NCBI GenBank assembly: GCA_028697145.1 | Contig: JAQVFR010000016.1 | Location: 736-64,735, forward strand | From: Actinomycetota bacterium | GTDB lineage: Bacteria > Actinomycetota > Geothermincolia > Geothermincolales > RBG-13-55-18 | Length of the DNA: 64,000 nt | Direction: 5' to 3' | Shown: positions 10,070-19,808 of the stretch, in pieces | How the letters are laid out: each line of letters starts with the position of its first letter | Position numbering within the stretch: the stretch's first letter is position 1 | Notes under the pieces: model-generated | Told to the model about the DNA's origin: nothing | Database searches by the model: none | What the model saw: only the letters and a program-made list of their open reading frames with translations | Translations under genes and position numbers: made by a program

Positions 10070-11341
10070 TCAATGACAGCGCTTGCGCATGGCCTCCGCG
10101 TGGTCCACGAGACCCTCGACCCTGGCCATGGCCTCGATCACCGGGCCGAGAGCGCGGTTCGCCTTGGGATTGGAGAAAACGACGTTGCTCCTCTTCACGA
10201 AGTCATAAACTCCAAGGGGGGAGGAGAAACGCGACGCCCCCTTGGTGGGCAGGACGTGGTTCACGCCGACCGCGTAGTCCCCCAGCGCCACGGGCGATTC
10301 CATCCCAAGAAATATCGCCCCCGCGTTGTGGACCTTGGGGAGGACCGCGGTGACGTCCTCCGTGGCGATCACCAGGTGCTCGGGCGCCAGGAGGTCCACC
10401 AGGGCGGTCCCCTCGTCGATGTCGTTCACCAGCACCAGCATCGTCTCGGGGCCCTCTTCGCCTCCTGGCGCCCGAGCGGTCCGCGCGAGTTCCTTCTTCA
10501 CGCGGTCCAGGAGCTTCTCGTCGTCGGTTATCAGGCAGGCCCTGGCGCCGGAACCGTGTTCCGCCTGCGCTCTAAGCTCCAGCGCCGCGCATTCGGCGTC
10601 CGCCTCGCCGTCGGCGAGCACGACCAGCTCGCTCGGTCCGGCGAGCATGTCGATGCCCACGCGGCCGACGAGTTCCCTCTTCGCCAGGGTGACGTAGACG
10701 TTCCCCGGCCCGACCACCTTCTCCACCGCGGCTATGGTCCCGGTCCCCAGCGCCAGCGCCGCTATGGCCTGCGCTCCGCCCAAGCGGTAGATCTCCTTCA
10801 CGCCCAGCGTAGCGAGGGCGAAGAGCGTGTGCGGGCTGACCTCCCCGCCCTTCGCGGGCGGGACGCACACGGCTATCTCGGCCACTCCCGCCACTCTCGC
10901 CGGGATCACCGTCATCAAGGCCGTTGATGGATAGGCGGCGTTCCCGCCGGGCACGTATATACCCACCCTCCTCAGGGGCTTGACGATCTGTCCGATGCGG
11001 GCTCCCTCGTCGCTCTCCCAGAACTGCGACTCCCAGGCCTGGTGGCGGTGGAAGGCGGTGATGGACCTGGCAGCCGTCCGCACCGCCTCCGCGAATTCCT
11101 CATCCACCCTCTCGACGGCTTTCGCCAGGTCCCTGTCGCTGACGCGCAGCCCCTTCGAGGCCAGGTCGGCGCCGTCGAATCGAAGGGTCAGCTCGACCAG
11201 GGCGGCGTCGCCCCCGTCGCGCACCCGAGATATTATCTCCCTGACCTCCTGGATAGGGCCTTCTTCCGTCCAGAAATCCCACCCCATCCCGCCCTTGAGC
11301 GATGCGAGGTCATCGTACTCGTCTCTTCTCAGAACCTTCAC
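10070..11341 (-). CDS. hisD: histidinol dehydrogenase
   Basis: 423 aa. GIYVPGG.AAYPS, GPGN.YV, AQAEHG and NHVLPT motifs. Confidence 0.95.
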   Translation of the reverse strand: MKVLRRDEYDDLASLKGGMGWDFWTEEGPIQEVREIISRVRDGGDAALVELTLRFDGADLASKGLRVSDRDLAKAVERVDEEFAEAVRTAARSITAFHRHQAWESQFWESDEGARIGQIVKPLRRVGIYVPGGNAAYPSTALMTVIPARVAGVAEIAVCVPPAKGGEVSPHTLFALATLGVKEIYRLGGAQAIAALALGTGTIAAVEKVVGPGNVYVTLAKRELVGRVGIDMLAGPSELVVLADGEADAECAALELRAQAEHGSGARACLITDDEKLLDRVKKELARTARAPGGEEGPETMLVLVNDIDEGTALVDLLAPEHLVIATEDVTAVLPKVHNAGAIFLGMESPVALGDYAVGVNHVLPTKGASRFSSPLGVYDFVKRSNVVFSNPKANRALGPVIEAMARVEGLVDHAEAMRKRCH

Positions 11342-11396
11342 TGCCTTCTCACCTGCCAGTGTCCCGTTGTGCCCCGCGTCACCCGCGGTAGCGCCT

Positions 11397-14300
11397 TCAT
11401 TCCAGCATAATGCATCCGTCCCCCAGGAGGGAGAGGACCTCGGCGTAGAGAGAGCTGTCGGGGCTCACGCAGAGCTCCCGCGGGAGCTGGAAGACCTTTA
11501 TCCCGTCGTCGTTCCGCAGCTTGAGTTTGACGGGAGTGCTTCCCGGGTGCCTCTCCAGTATATCCTTCAGCTCGTTGACCACCTCACGCTCCGCCTGGGA
11601 GTGGTCCATGTTGATGAAAAGGTCGCACTGCTCCGGTGACTTGAGGCGTGGCTCCGACGCGTCGAGCGCCACCACCCGTACCGTGGCCGCCTCCTCGTCC
11701 CGCTCACCCGTCTCCACCCTGGCCTTTATGCACACGACATGGTCCTCCTGCAGGGACTCCTTGTGCTGCAGATACAGGGCTGGGAATATGGTAACCTCTA
11801 CCCTTCCCGTGAGGTCCTCCAGGGTAAGGTTGGCCATGAGCTCGCTCTTGCGTGTGAGGCGCTGCGCCTTGCGGGTGATGATCCCTCCGATCCACTTCAC
11901 CGCCCCGTCCCCCAGCTCCGAGAGGTCGGCTATGTCGCATTCCACGTGGCGTTTCAACACCTCCCTGACCTGCATCAGCGGATGGTCGGTGACGTAGATG
12001 CCCAGCATCTCCTTCTCGTATGCAAGGAGCTTGTCCTTGGGCAGTTCCTCCACGATCGGCGCGTCACCGAGCGGGTCCTCGTCCTCGTCGCCGAAGAGGG
12101 AATGCTGTCCCTCATCCAGGAGACGCTGCCTCTCCGCCGCCAGGTCCGCGATGCGGTCGTATGCCTTGAGAAGGTGATTCCTGGTACATCCCAGGAAATC
12201 GAAGGCTCCGCTCTTTATCAGGCTTTCCAGGGCTCTTTTGTTCACCGTGCCCGTGCCCACCCTGCGGCAGAAATCGAGCATCGACTCGAAGGGACCGTTC
12301 TCGCGACGCTCGGCGATGATCCTGTCCGCCGCGCCCTCGCCCAGGTTGCGAACCGCCGACAGGCCGAAGCGGATACCCTCGTCCACCGGGGTGAATTCCT
12401 TCAGGCTCTCATTGATGTCGGGCGGCAGCACGCTTATGCCCATCTTGCGGCATTCGTTCACGAACACCGGCACCTTGTCCTTGTTGCCGGTGACGCTGGT
12501 GAGGTTGGCGGCCATGAACTCGCGCGGGTAATGGGCCTTGAGGTACGCGGTCTGGTAGGAGATGACCGCGTAGGCGGTCGAATGGCTCTTGTTGAAGCCG
12601 TATTCGCCGAAGTTCTGGACCAGCTCGAACAGCTTCTCGGCCAGGCGGCGCGGGTATTTCTTCGCCACCATGCCCTCGACGAACTTGTTCTTCTGCTCCT
12701 TCATCTCCTTGGCCTTGCTCTTGGCTACCACGCCGCGCAGACCGTCGGCCTCGGCCATGGTGTATCCCGCCATCTCCACCGCCAGTCGCATGACCTGTTC
12801 CTGGTAGAGCAAAATCCCGCTCGTCTCCTCGAGCAGCGGCTCCAGGTCGGGATGGAGGTACTCAGTGGACATGCGCTTGTGCTTGCGGGCCACGAAATCC
12901 TTTACCATCCCGCTCTTGAGGGGACCGGGGCGGTAGAGGGCGAGCAGGGCGATGAGGTCCTCGAAGCAGTCGGGGCGCAGTTCTTGCAGGAGCGACCGCA
13001 TGCCCACGCTCTCCAGCTGGAACACGCCGATGGAGTCCCCGCGCTGCAGCATATCGTAGGTATTCGCGTCGTCCATGGGTATGCGGTCCATGTCCAGGAT
13101 GATCCCGTGCCGGCGCTTGATGTTCTCCAGGGTGTCGCTGATCACGGTGAGGGTGCGCAGGCCCAGGAAGTCCATCTTGAGGAGGCCGATCTTCTGGATG
13201 GCGCCCATGTCGAACTGGGTCACCACCTCCTCCTCGGCGCCGCGCCGCTGCAGGGGGGTATAGAGGCAGAGCTCGTTGTCCGCGATGACCACCCCGGCGG
13301 CGTGGATGCCGTCCTGGCGCGTGATCCCCTCCAGCTTGCGGGCGGTGTCGATTATCTTCCTGGAGATCTCGTCGTTTTCGTACGCATCCCGCAGCTCCGG
13401 TGATGTCTCCAGGGCCTTGTCGAGGGTGATGTTCAGGACCTCGGGGACCATCTTGGCGAGGCGGTCCACCTTGCCGTACTCGAGGCTATAGACCCTGCCG
13501 GCGTCCCGTATGGCGGCCCGCGTCTTCAGGGTCGAGAAGGTCACGATCTGGGCCACGCGGTCCTCTCCGTACTTGCGCCTCACGTAGTCTATGACCTCGG
13601 GACGGCGCTTGTAGCAGAAGTCGATGTCGATGTCGGGCAAGGTGCGGCGCGAGGGATTGAGGAAGCGCTCGAAGAGAAGGCCGTATCTGATAGGGTCCAC
13701 GGTGGTGATGCCCAGGGCGTAAGCGACCAGGGAGCCGGCCGCCGAGCCCCTCCCCGGCCCAACGATGATGCCGTGCTCCTTGGCGTAGGTTATGAAGTCC
13801 CACACGATGAGGAAATAGCCGGAGAAACCCATGTCCTTTATAACCGAGAGCTCGTAGCGCAGGCGCTCCTCCAGTTCGGGCGTGACCTCGTCGTAGTGGC
13901 GGGACAGCCCCTCCCACGCCAGTTTCTCCAGGTATCCGTCCAGGTCATAACCCTCCGGGACCTGGTAGTTCGGGAGCAGATAATTCCCGAAGTCAAGCTC
14001 TACCTCGCAACGGGCCGCGATGTCCACGGTGTTGGACAGTGCCTCCGGCACCTCCCCGAAGAGATCGCTCATCTCCCCGTATTCCTTGAGATAGAACTGG
14101 TCGTTGGAGAACCTCATGCGGTCCTCCTGGTCGAGGGTGGAGTTGGTCTGTATGCACAGGAGCACGTCGTGGTAGATGTTGTCTTCCCTCTCGATGTAAT
14201 GCGTGTCGTTGGTCGCCGCCAGACCCAGCCCCAGCTCGCGCGCGATCTGGACCAGGCCCGGATTCACCTTTTTCTCCTCGGGCAGGGAGTGGTCCATTAT

Positions 14301-14825
14301 CTCTATAAAGAAATTGCCGTCGCCGAAGATGGTCGCATACTCCCGCGCCGCCGCCGCGGCCCCCTCGTAATCGTCGGCTAGAAGCCTGGAGGAGATCTCT
14401 CCCTTCAGACACGCGGAAAGCGCGATGATGCCGCCCCGGTATTCGCGCAGCAGCTCCTTGTCGATGCGCGGTTTGTAGTAGTAGCCGTCCATGAAGGAGG
14501 CGGTCACAAGCCTCATCAGGTTGCGGTATCCCTGCATGTTCTCCGCCAGCAGGAGCAGGTGGTAATTGGGGTCTTCCCTGGGCGGTCTGCGGTCGAAACG
14601 CGAGCCCAGGGTGATATAGGCCTCCACGCCTATGATGGGCTTGATCCCCTTCTCCATCGCCTTCTCGTAGAAGGGAACGACGCCGTACATGCCTCCGTGG
14701 TCTGTTATCGCCAGGGCCTCGAAGCCCCTGCCCAGCGCCACGTCCAGCATCTCGGGGATGCGCGCCGCCCCGTCCAGCATGGAGAACTCCGTGTGGTTAT
14801 GCAGGTGCACGAAGGGAACAGCCAA
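11397..14825 (-). CDS. dnaE: DNA polymerase III alpha subunit
   Basis: 1142 aa. PHP domain FVHLHNHTEFSMLDGA, polymerase core and OB fold. TTG start 6 nt after GGAGG. Confidence 0.95.
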   Translation of the reverse strand: MAVPFVHLHNHTEFSMLDGAARIPEMLDVALGRGFEALAITDHGGMYGVVPFYEKAMEKGIKPIIGVEAYITLGSRFDRRPPREDPNYHLLLLAENMQGYRNLMRLVTASFMDGYYYKPRIDKELLREYRGGIIALSACLKGEISSRLLADDYEGAAAAAREYATIFGDGNFFIEIMDHSLPEEKKVNPGLVQIARELGLGLAATNDTHYIEREDNIYHDVLLCIQTNSTLDQEDRMRFSNDQFYLKEYGEMSDLFGEVPEALSNTVDIAARCEVELDFGNYLLPNYQVPEGYDLDGYLEKLAWEGLSRHYDEVTPELEERLRYELSVIKDMGFSGYFLIVWDFITYAKEHGIIVGPGRGSAAGSLVAYALGITTVDPIRYGLLFERFLNPSRRTLPDIDIDFCYKRRPEVIDYVRRKYGEDRVAQIVTFSTLKTRAAIRDAGRVYSLEYGKVDRLAKMVPEVLNITLDKALETSPELRDAYENDEISRKIIDTARKLEGITRQDGIHAAGVVIADNELCLYTPLQRRGAEEEVVTQFDMGAIQKIGLLKMDFLGLRTLTVISDTLENIKRRHGIILDMDRIPMDDANTYDMLQRGDSIGVFQLESVGMRSLLQELRPDCFEDLIALLALYRPGPLKSGMVKDFVARKHKRMSTEYLHPDLEPLLEETSGILLYQEQVMRLAVEMAGYTMAEADGLRGVVAKSKAKEMKEQKNKFVEGMVAKKYPRRLAEKLFELVQNFGEYGFNKSHSTAYAVISYQTAYLKAHYPREFMAANLTSVTGNKDKVPVFVNECRKMGISVLPPDINESLKEFTPVDEGIRFGLSAVRNLGEGAADRIIAERRENGPFESMLDFCRRVGTGTVNKRALESLIKSGAFDFLGCTRNHLLKAYDRIADLAAERQRLLDEGQHSLFGDEDEDPLGDAPIVEELPKDKLLAYEKEMLGIYVTDHPLMQVREVLKRHVECDIADLSELGDGAVKWIGGIITRKAQRLTRKSELMANLTLEDLTGRVEVTIFPALYLQHKESLQEDHVVCIKARVETGERDEEAATVRVVALDASEPRLKSPEQCDLFINMDHSQAEREVVNELKDILERHPGSTPVKLKLRNDDGIKVFQLPRELCVSPDSSLYAEVLSLLGDGCIMLE

Positions 14826-15014
14826 GACGGTCCTCCGAAATTCGCTTCTCTTTCACGCCTCTTATCTGCGCCGGTCCATAAGCTCGCCATATGAAACCAG
14901 GCCGCACGCGCCGGCATGGGTCGAGCCCTGTGGCGCCGGTTTATGTTATTATATCTTTCCCCGCAGACAGGCGCTTTCCTTGCGCGCCGCGAAAAGAGGG
15001 AGCGGTTCTGGAAG

Positions 15015-15866
15015 ATGAGGTTGAGCTATACTGCGCTTAGTTCCTACGAGAACTGTCCGCTGTCCTACCGCTTTCAGTACGTCGACGGGCTCGAGGTAGA
15101 GCCCACCCCCTACCTCTCGTTCGGCAGGAGCATGCACGCGGCGCTGGAGTGGTTGTACGGACGCTCCACGCCCGAGCCTCCCACCCTGGAAGGGCTCCTC
15201 TCATTCCTCGATTCCTGCTGGTCGAGGGAGGGGTACTCGAGCCAGGAAGAGGAGCGTTCTTTCCGCGAGCACGGGCGCGAGGTGCTGACGCGTTTCTACT
15301 ACAAGAATGTCGATGACTTCCGGCTGCCCATCGCCGTGGAGGAGCGCTTCGAGCTGGACATGGGCGGATTTATCCTCAGCGGCGTCATGGACCGTGTCGA
15401 CTGCAACCCCGACGGAACCTACGAGATCATAGACTACAAGACCAGCCGACGCCTGCCCGAGCTCAGCCGCCTGCGCGAGGACCTGCAGTTGCCCATCTAC
15501 CAGCTCGCCTGCCGCGAGATATGGGGCATAACCCCCTCCAAGCTATCCTTCTACTACCTCGTTCACAACCAGCGCTATTCCACCAGGCCGCGCGACGAGA
15601 GCGGCCTCGCGCGGGTCAGAGAGCGACTGGAGACCGTTGCGGAAGCGATATCCCACGGGGATTTTCACGCCACCCCCAACCGCCTGTGCCCATGGTGTTC
15701 GTTCCAGGACGTCTGCCCTGAGAGGGTTTCGGCCATGGGGGAAGGAGAGGCCATGCGCTCCCGCCACGCGGCGCTGCTGCGACGCAAGGAGAAGCTGGAG
15801 AAGGCCATCGCCGAGCTCGAGGAGGAGATGCGGCGCGACGAGGATGAATTCGAGGGGTGCGATTAG
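15015..15866 (+). CDS. PD-(D/E)XK nuclease, Cas4/RecB/AddB-like, with predicted 4-Cys Fe-S cluster and C-terminal coiled-coil tail
   Basis: ORF 14916..15866, internal ATG at 15015. Motifs: MDRVD, IIDYKTS (D..D/ExK), QLPIYQLA (QxxxY), Cys at ENCPLSY plus CPWCSFQDVC. Confidence 0.7.
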   Translation: MRLSYTALSSYENCPLSYRFQYVDGLEVEPTPYLSFGRSMHAALEWLYGRSTPEPPTLEGLLSFLDSCWSREGYSSQEEERSFREHGREVLTRFYYKNVDDFRLPIAVEERFELDMGGFILSGVMDRVDCNPDGTYEIIDYKTSRRLPELSRLREDLQLPIYQLACREIWGITPSKLSFYYLVHNQRYSTRPRDESGLARVRERLETVAEAISHGDFHATPNRLCPWCSFQDVCPERVSAMGEGEAMRSRHAALLRRKEKLEKAIAELEEEMRRDEDEFEGCD

Positions 15867-15981
15867 GGGGACTCGCGCTGGCAGGGATCGACCGAAAGCG
15901 TCCCGACGGTCACGCTGTCCCGGCTCCACTGCCACGGGAGGCCGGGGCCCCCGCGGAGCGCGCGTTCTTGCGGGCCGCCCG

Positions 15982-16341
15982 TCAGCCGCAGGAAAGGTTC
16001 TCTTTCCCTTTCTCTTCCCCGTCCGCTTCGCGTCCTCCGCTCTCGTCCGGGCCTGAAGCGCCTGCGCCGCGGCCTGCCGGCATGCCCGGGAGGTTTTCCC
16101 GCTCCACTTTCCTGTTCGAGAGGTTCGCGCATATCGGGGCCAGGTACCTGTAGGTGACGCGGTCGCCGCCGCCGGTCTGCTCGAGTATGCCGAGTTCCAC
16201 CAGGTCCCTCATCTGCCCCCTGACCTGCTCGAGCCCGCGGCCCAGCCTTTCCGCCATTTCCTCGCTGGTGGCCACCGTCTCGGGGCAGAGGCTGAAGTAG
16301 GAGATGAGCTCTATCCTCACCACCCTGTCCGGTACCGTCAC
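15982..16341 (-). CDS. small winged-helix (MarR/ArsR-like) DNA-binding protein with disordered acidic/Gly tail, paralog of 16581..16868
   Basis: 119 aa. GTG start 7 nt after GGGAG. VRIELISYF..TSEEMAERLGRGLEQVRGQMRDLVELGILEQ..YRY aligns with the neighbouring 95-aa protein. Confidence 0.5.
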   Translation of the reverse strand: MTVPDRVVRIELISYFSLCPETVATSEEMAERLGRGLEQVRGQMRDLVELGILEQTGGGDRVTYRYLAPICANLSNRKVERENLPGMPAGRGAGASGPDESGGREADGEEKGKENLSCG

Positions 16342-16580
16342 CGCCCTGCTCCCATCCTCGATATACTTTCATGCCCTCCACCAGCATTATGTGACGGTCA
16401 GGGAGCCCCGCAAAGAAATAACCCGCGAGCGGATGCATTTGAATACCCAGCGGTAACAACGGGGCGAGAAGCGGTATCGCACCGGCACGGACAGTTGCCG
16501 AGACCCGATGCTTCATCCGTGCAGACCGTTTCCAGACGTCACGGGGGTGGAACCCCGGCAACGTCATCGTCAGTCCCGAT

Positions 16581-16868
16581 CTATCTGCGGTTTCTACTCA
16601 GGAGGTAGGTGGCAACGGAGTGGGGAGGGACATAGCGATAGCGGCTTCGCTCCTTTCCCTCCCTTTCCTCGAGGATGTGCAGGTGCACGAGCTTGTTCAT
16701 CTGGCTTTCAACGCGGTACGGGTCGCGTCCCGTGGCCCTCGCCATGTCCTCCGGGGTGCTCTCCAGTCCCGGGTTGCGATGAAAATGGGTGATTATCTCG
16801 ATGCGGATGAGGCTGTCGGATATCCCGTCGGCCCGCGCTCCGTTTTCTATCCTCGTTTCCCGTACCAT
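16581..16868 (-). CDS. small winged-helix (MarR/ArsR-like) DNA-binding protein, paralog of 15982..16341
   Basis: 95 aa. IRIEIITHF..TPEDMARATGRDPYRVESQMNKLVHLHILEE..YRY. Confidence 0.5.
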   Translation of the reverse strand: MVRETRIENGARADGISDSLIRIEIITHFHRNPGLESTPEDMARATGRDPYRVESQMNKLVHLHILEEREGKERSRYRYVPPHSVATYLLSRNRR

Positions 16869-17014
16869 GCGCTATCTCCTCTCGATACAATAATCATTAC
16901 TTTGTTCGCGCATTTTGAGGAAAATCCCGATAGCGCGGCCATTTTTCGGCTCAATGGTCGTTTCGGGCAACGAACGGAGTAGCAGATTATGGTAATAGCG
17001 GAGGGCGCCGCCCC

Positions 17015-17932
17015 TCAACCATCCTCGAGCTTGCGCAGGGCCGCAGCGAGATCATGCGGCAGAGGCGCCTCGAAGACGAGCCCCTCCCCGCTTACTGGAT
17101 GCGGAAACGTCAGCCGGTAGGCGTGCAGGAACTGCCTTTTCAGCCCCAGGTCCTTCTCCAGCCCGCCCACCTTCCCGTATTCGCTGTCGCCGACAACGGG
17201 GTGACCGATGTGGGAGAGATGCACGCGTATCTGGTGGGTGCGCCCGCTGACCAGCTCCACCTCGAGCAGCGCGCAATCCCCGAATTCCCTCTCCACCCGG
17301 AAGTGGGTCATCGCCGGCCTTCCGCCCGCGGTGACCGCCATGCGCTTGCGGTCCCTCGCATCGCGACCGACGGGGGCGTCTATGGTCCCCAGCCGTGTGG
17401 CGGGCACGCCGTGGACCAGGGCGATATAGTGCCTCTTCAGGTCGCGGTCGTGCACCATCTCCTGGAGCCGCAGGTGCGCGCGGTCGTTCTTCGCCACCAC
17501 TATCAGCCCCGACGTGTCCCGGTCCAACCTGTGCACTATCCCGGGCCGTATCACTCCTCCGACGCCCGAGAGGTCGTCCAGGGCGTAGAGGAGGGCGTTG
17601 ACCAGCGTACCGTCCCGGTGGCCCGGGGCGGGATGCACGACAAGCCCGGCGGGCTTGTCTATGACCGCTATATCGCCGTCCTGGTAGACTATGTTCAGCG
17701 GTATGTCCTGCGGAGACGGCTTCGCCTCCTCCGCTTCCGGTTCTTCCACCTCTATGCGTTCCCCCTCCCGCAGGCGGTGGTTCTTGTGCGCGAGGGCGCC
17801 GTCCACCTTAACCGTCCCCCCGGATATGAGACGCTGCGCCCGGGCGCGTGTGATGCCCATTGACCTGGAAACGTACTGGTCAAGCCTCTCGCCCTTCTCT
17901 TGCCCGGAAACGGAGAACCTCAGGTGCCGCAC
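17015..17932 (-). CDS. rluD: 23S rRNA pseudouridine synthase, RluA/RluD family, with S4 domain
   Basis: RLDQYV (S4), KPAGLVVHP, HRLDRDTSGL, GRTHQIRVH. Confidence 0.85.
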   Translation of the reverse strand: MRHLRFSVSGQEKGERLDQYVSRSMGITRARAQRLISGGTVKVDGALAHKNHRLREGERIEVEEPEAEEAKPSPQDIPLNIVYQDGDIAVIDKPAGLVVHPAPGHRDGTLVNALLYALDDLSGVGGVIRPGIVHRLDRDTSGLIVVAKNDRAHLRLQEMVHDRDLKRHYIALVHGVPATRLGTIDAPVGRDARDRKRMAVTAGGRPAMTHFRVEREFGDCALLEVELVSGRTHQIRVHLSHIGHPVVGDSEYGKVGGLEKDLGLKRQFLHAYRLTFPHPVSGEGLVFEAPLPHDLAAALRKLEDG

Positions 17933-17933
17933 A

Positions 17934-18701
17934 CTACCTTGCCTCCGGTAAAATCCTGCGCCTGAACAGCAGCGCGAGGCCCGCGAGCAGGAATGCGCCC
18001 ACGCTCAGGAGCTGAAAGAAGAGGTTGGCCGAGGCGTTGGTGTGAAAACGGAAGAACTCCAGCGTGAAGCGGGCGACGGCATAGAGCATTATGAAGGAGA
18101 GCATGATCTCACCGCGGTAGCGGAACTTCCTGCAGACTGCGAGGAGGATGATGAGTATCGCCAGGTCGAGGATTATCTCGTAGATCTGCGTCGGATGGAC
18201 GGGGTTGCGCGGCATGCCCATCCTCGCCTGGGTGCTCAGGGGGAAGGTGACCGCCCACGGCAGATCGGATGACTTGCCGAAACAACACCCGTTGAGGTAA
18301 CATCCCACCCTGGCCACGGCCAGCGCCGCCGGCACCGCCAGGCCTCCGGAGTCTAGCACCACTCCTATGGACAGCCGGCGTACCCTGATCACCGCCACCG
18401 CCGCCAGCACGCCTCCGATGAAACCGCCGTAGAAGACCAGGCCCTCCACGTTCCAGAACTTGAATATCTCCCACCATCTCGCGGAGAACTCGCTCCAGTG
18501 CCCGACGACGTAGAAGATTCGCGCCCCGACTATGCCGCCCACGGCGGCCGCTAGGACCAGTTCGAACACGACGTAGGCATCCAGGAACTGGCGGCGTAGA
18601 TACCAGAAACTGACAATCATGCCTACGATGAAAGCCAGGGCCAGGAAAAAACCGTAAGAGTGCACGGTGATGGGACCGATCTCGAAAAGCTCCGGCCTCA
18701 A
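17934..18701 (-). CDS. lgt: prolipoprotein diacylglyceryl transferase
   Basis: 255 aa. IHSYGFF..GARIFYV..GGFIGG..GR.GCYLNGCC.G..HPTQIYE. Confidence 0.9.
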   Translation of the reverse strand: MRPELFEIGPITVHSYGFFLALAFIVGMIVSFWYLRRQFLDAYVVFELVLAAAVGGIVGARIFYVVGHWSEFSARWWEIFKFWNVEGLVFYGGFIGGVLAAVAVIRVRRLSIGVVLDSGGLAVPAALAVARVGCYLNGCCFGKSSDLPWAVTFPLSTQARMGMPRNPVHPTQIYEIILDLAILIILLAVCRKFRYRGEIMLSFIMLYAVARFTLEFFRFHTNASANLFFQLLSVGAFLLAGLALLFRRRILPEAR

Positions 18702-18817
18702 ATCTTCCTCCTTCTATCTGCCGCGGCCGCACCCGGCGCTCGCCGTCGGCGCTGGCCGCCCGGCACGGAGACCGTGCCGCGGCGAGCAGTTCTCCCTTGC
18801 AGGTGAATAACCGCCTC

Positions 18818-19318
18818 TCATCGCTCCTGCGGCTGCTTCTTGAAGATGTCCGCGACCACGACGATCAGGACGATCACTACTCCGGCTACAATCGCGAAAT
18901 CGGCGAGGTTGAAAACCGGCCACGATCTCATGGGCCAGAATCCGAGGTCTATGAAGTCGATGACCGCGCCTAAGGCTGCCCTGTCGATGATGTTACCTAC
19001 GGCGCCACCGATAATCAAGCCCAGGCCGGCCTGGAAGGCCGCCGATCCGGGCTTTCCCCAGTGCCAGAGCACCACGATGAGGACTACGAAAACGGCGATG
19101 CTCGCGAGGAACAGCGACCACGACCTGCCCTGGATGATGCCGAAGGCGGTGCCGGGATTTCGCACCTGACGCAGCTCGCCGAAGCCGCCCAGGGATAAAG
19201 CCTTGTCCTGTGCGAGCAGCACCCGGACCAGGGCCTTGCTCAATTGGTCGAGGCCCAAGGTGATGAGCGCCGTGACCAAAAGGATCAGCGGGAGGCCTTT
19301 TCTTCTTTTTGTTTGCAC
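18818..19318 (-). CDS. lspA: lipoprotein signal peptidase II
   Basis: DQLSK, NPGTAFG, GNIIDR and FNLADF motifs. Start placed at GTG 19318 (VQTKRRKGLP..). No clear SD, so the start is uncertain. Overlaps the dksA-like gene. Confidence 0.75.
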   Translation of the reverse strand: MQTKRRKGLPLILLVTALITLGLDQLSKALVRVLLAQDKALSLGGFGELRQVRNPGTAFGIIQGRSWSLFLASIAVFVVLIVVLWHWGKPGSAAFQAGLGLIIGGAVGNIIDRAALGAVIDFIDLGFWPMRSWPVFNLADFAIVAGVVIVLIVVVADIFKKQPQER

Positions 19319-19659
19319 GAGATACAGAGGTTGGCGTAGGGAAGCGCCCGCAGGCGTTCCTCGGGGATGGGCAGGTTGCACAAATCACATATGCCGTAGG
19401 TGCCTTCTTCTATGCGGTCGAGCGCCCCGTTGACGCGCTTCAGTATGTCCTTGACGTTCTCTGACAGGGAGAGGTCGCGCTCGCGCTCGAAGGTGGTGGT
19501 CCCGCTGGCCGCGTACTCTTCCTCGAAAGGCATCTCTCCGGAGAAATCAGATTGTGATGAGTGCAGATTCCCCTCCTCCAGGTCACGATACTGCTTCTCC
19601 AGCACTTCCTTCTCCTGCAGGAGAACCTTTTTGAACGCCGCCAGCTTTCTCTTATTCAT
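19285..19659 (-). CDS. DksA/TraR-family C4 zinc-finger protein
   Basis: 124 aa. Coiled-coil N-terminus, then CDLCNLPIPEERLRALPYANLCISC. Confidence 0.75.
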   Translation of the reverse strand: MNKRKLAAFKKVLLQEKEVLEKQYRDLEEGNLHSSQSDFSGEMPFEEEYAASGTTTFERERDLSLSENVKDILKRVNGALDRIEEGTYGICDLCNLPIPEERLRALPYANLCISCKQKEEKASR

Positions 19660-19696
19660 CGATTTTCACGCTTCCTCCAGCACTACATTTATCCCT

Positions 19697-19724
19697 ATTA
19701 TGCACGATTCCTTTTTTTTAACAA
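19697..19724 (-). promoter_or_regulatory. putative promoter of the dksA-like/lspA/lgt/rluD unit
   Basis: Minus sense TTGTTA, 16 nt spacer (A-rich), CATAAT preceded by TG. Local AT-rich island. Confidence 0.4.
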
Positions 19725-19808
19725 GTACGTATCGATGCGCTTATCGGGGCGTGAAAGGGAGAACGTGGCGCGACCGCCGCCGTCGTGTACCGCTCGCTGT
19801 GGGGATCC

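Noticed and set aside
15863-16567. 234-aa minus-strand ORF spanning the wHTH gene and its upstream spacer.
   Set aside because: It is in a different frame from the conserved wHTH paralog, Arg/Gly/Pro-rich, and has no RBS-supported start.
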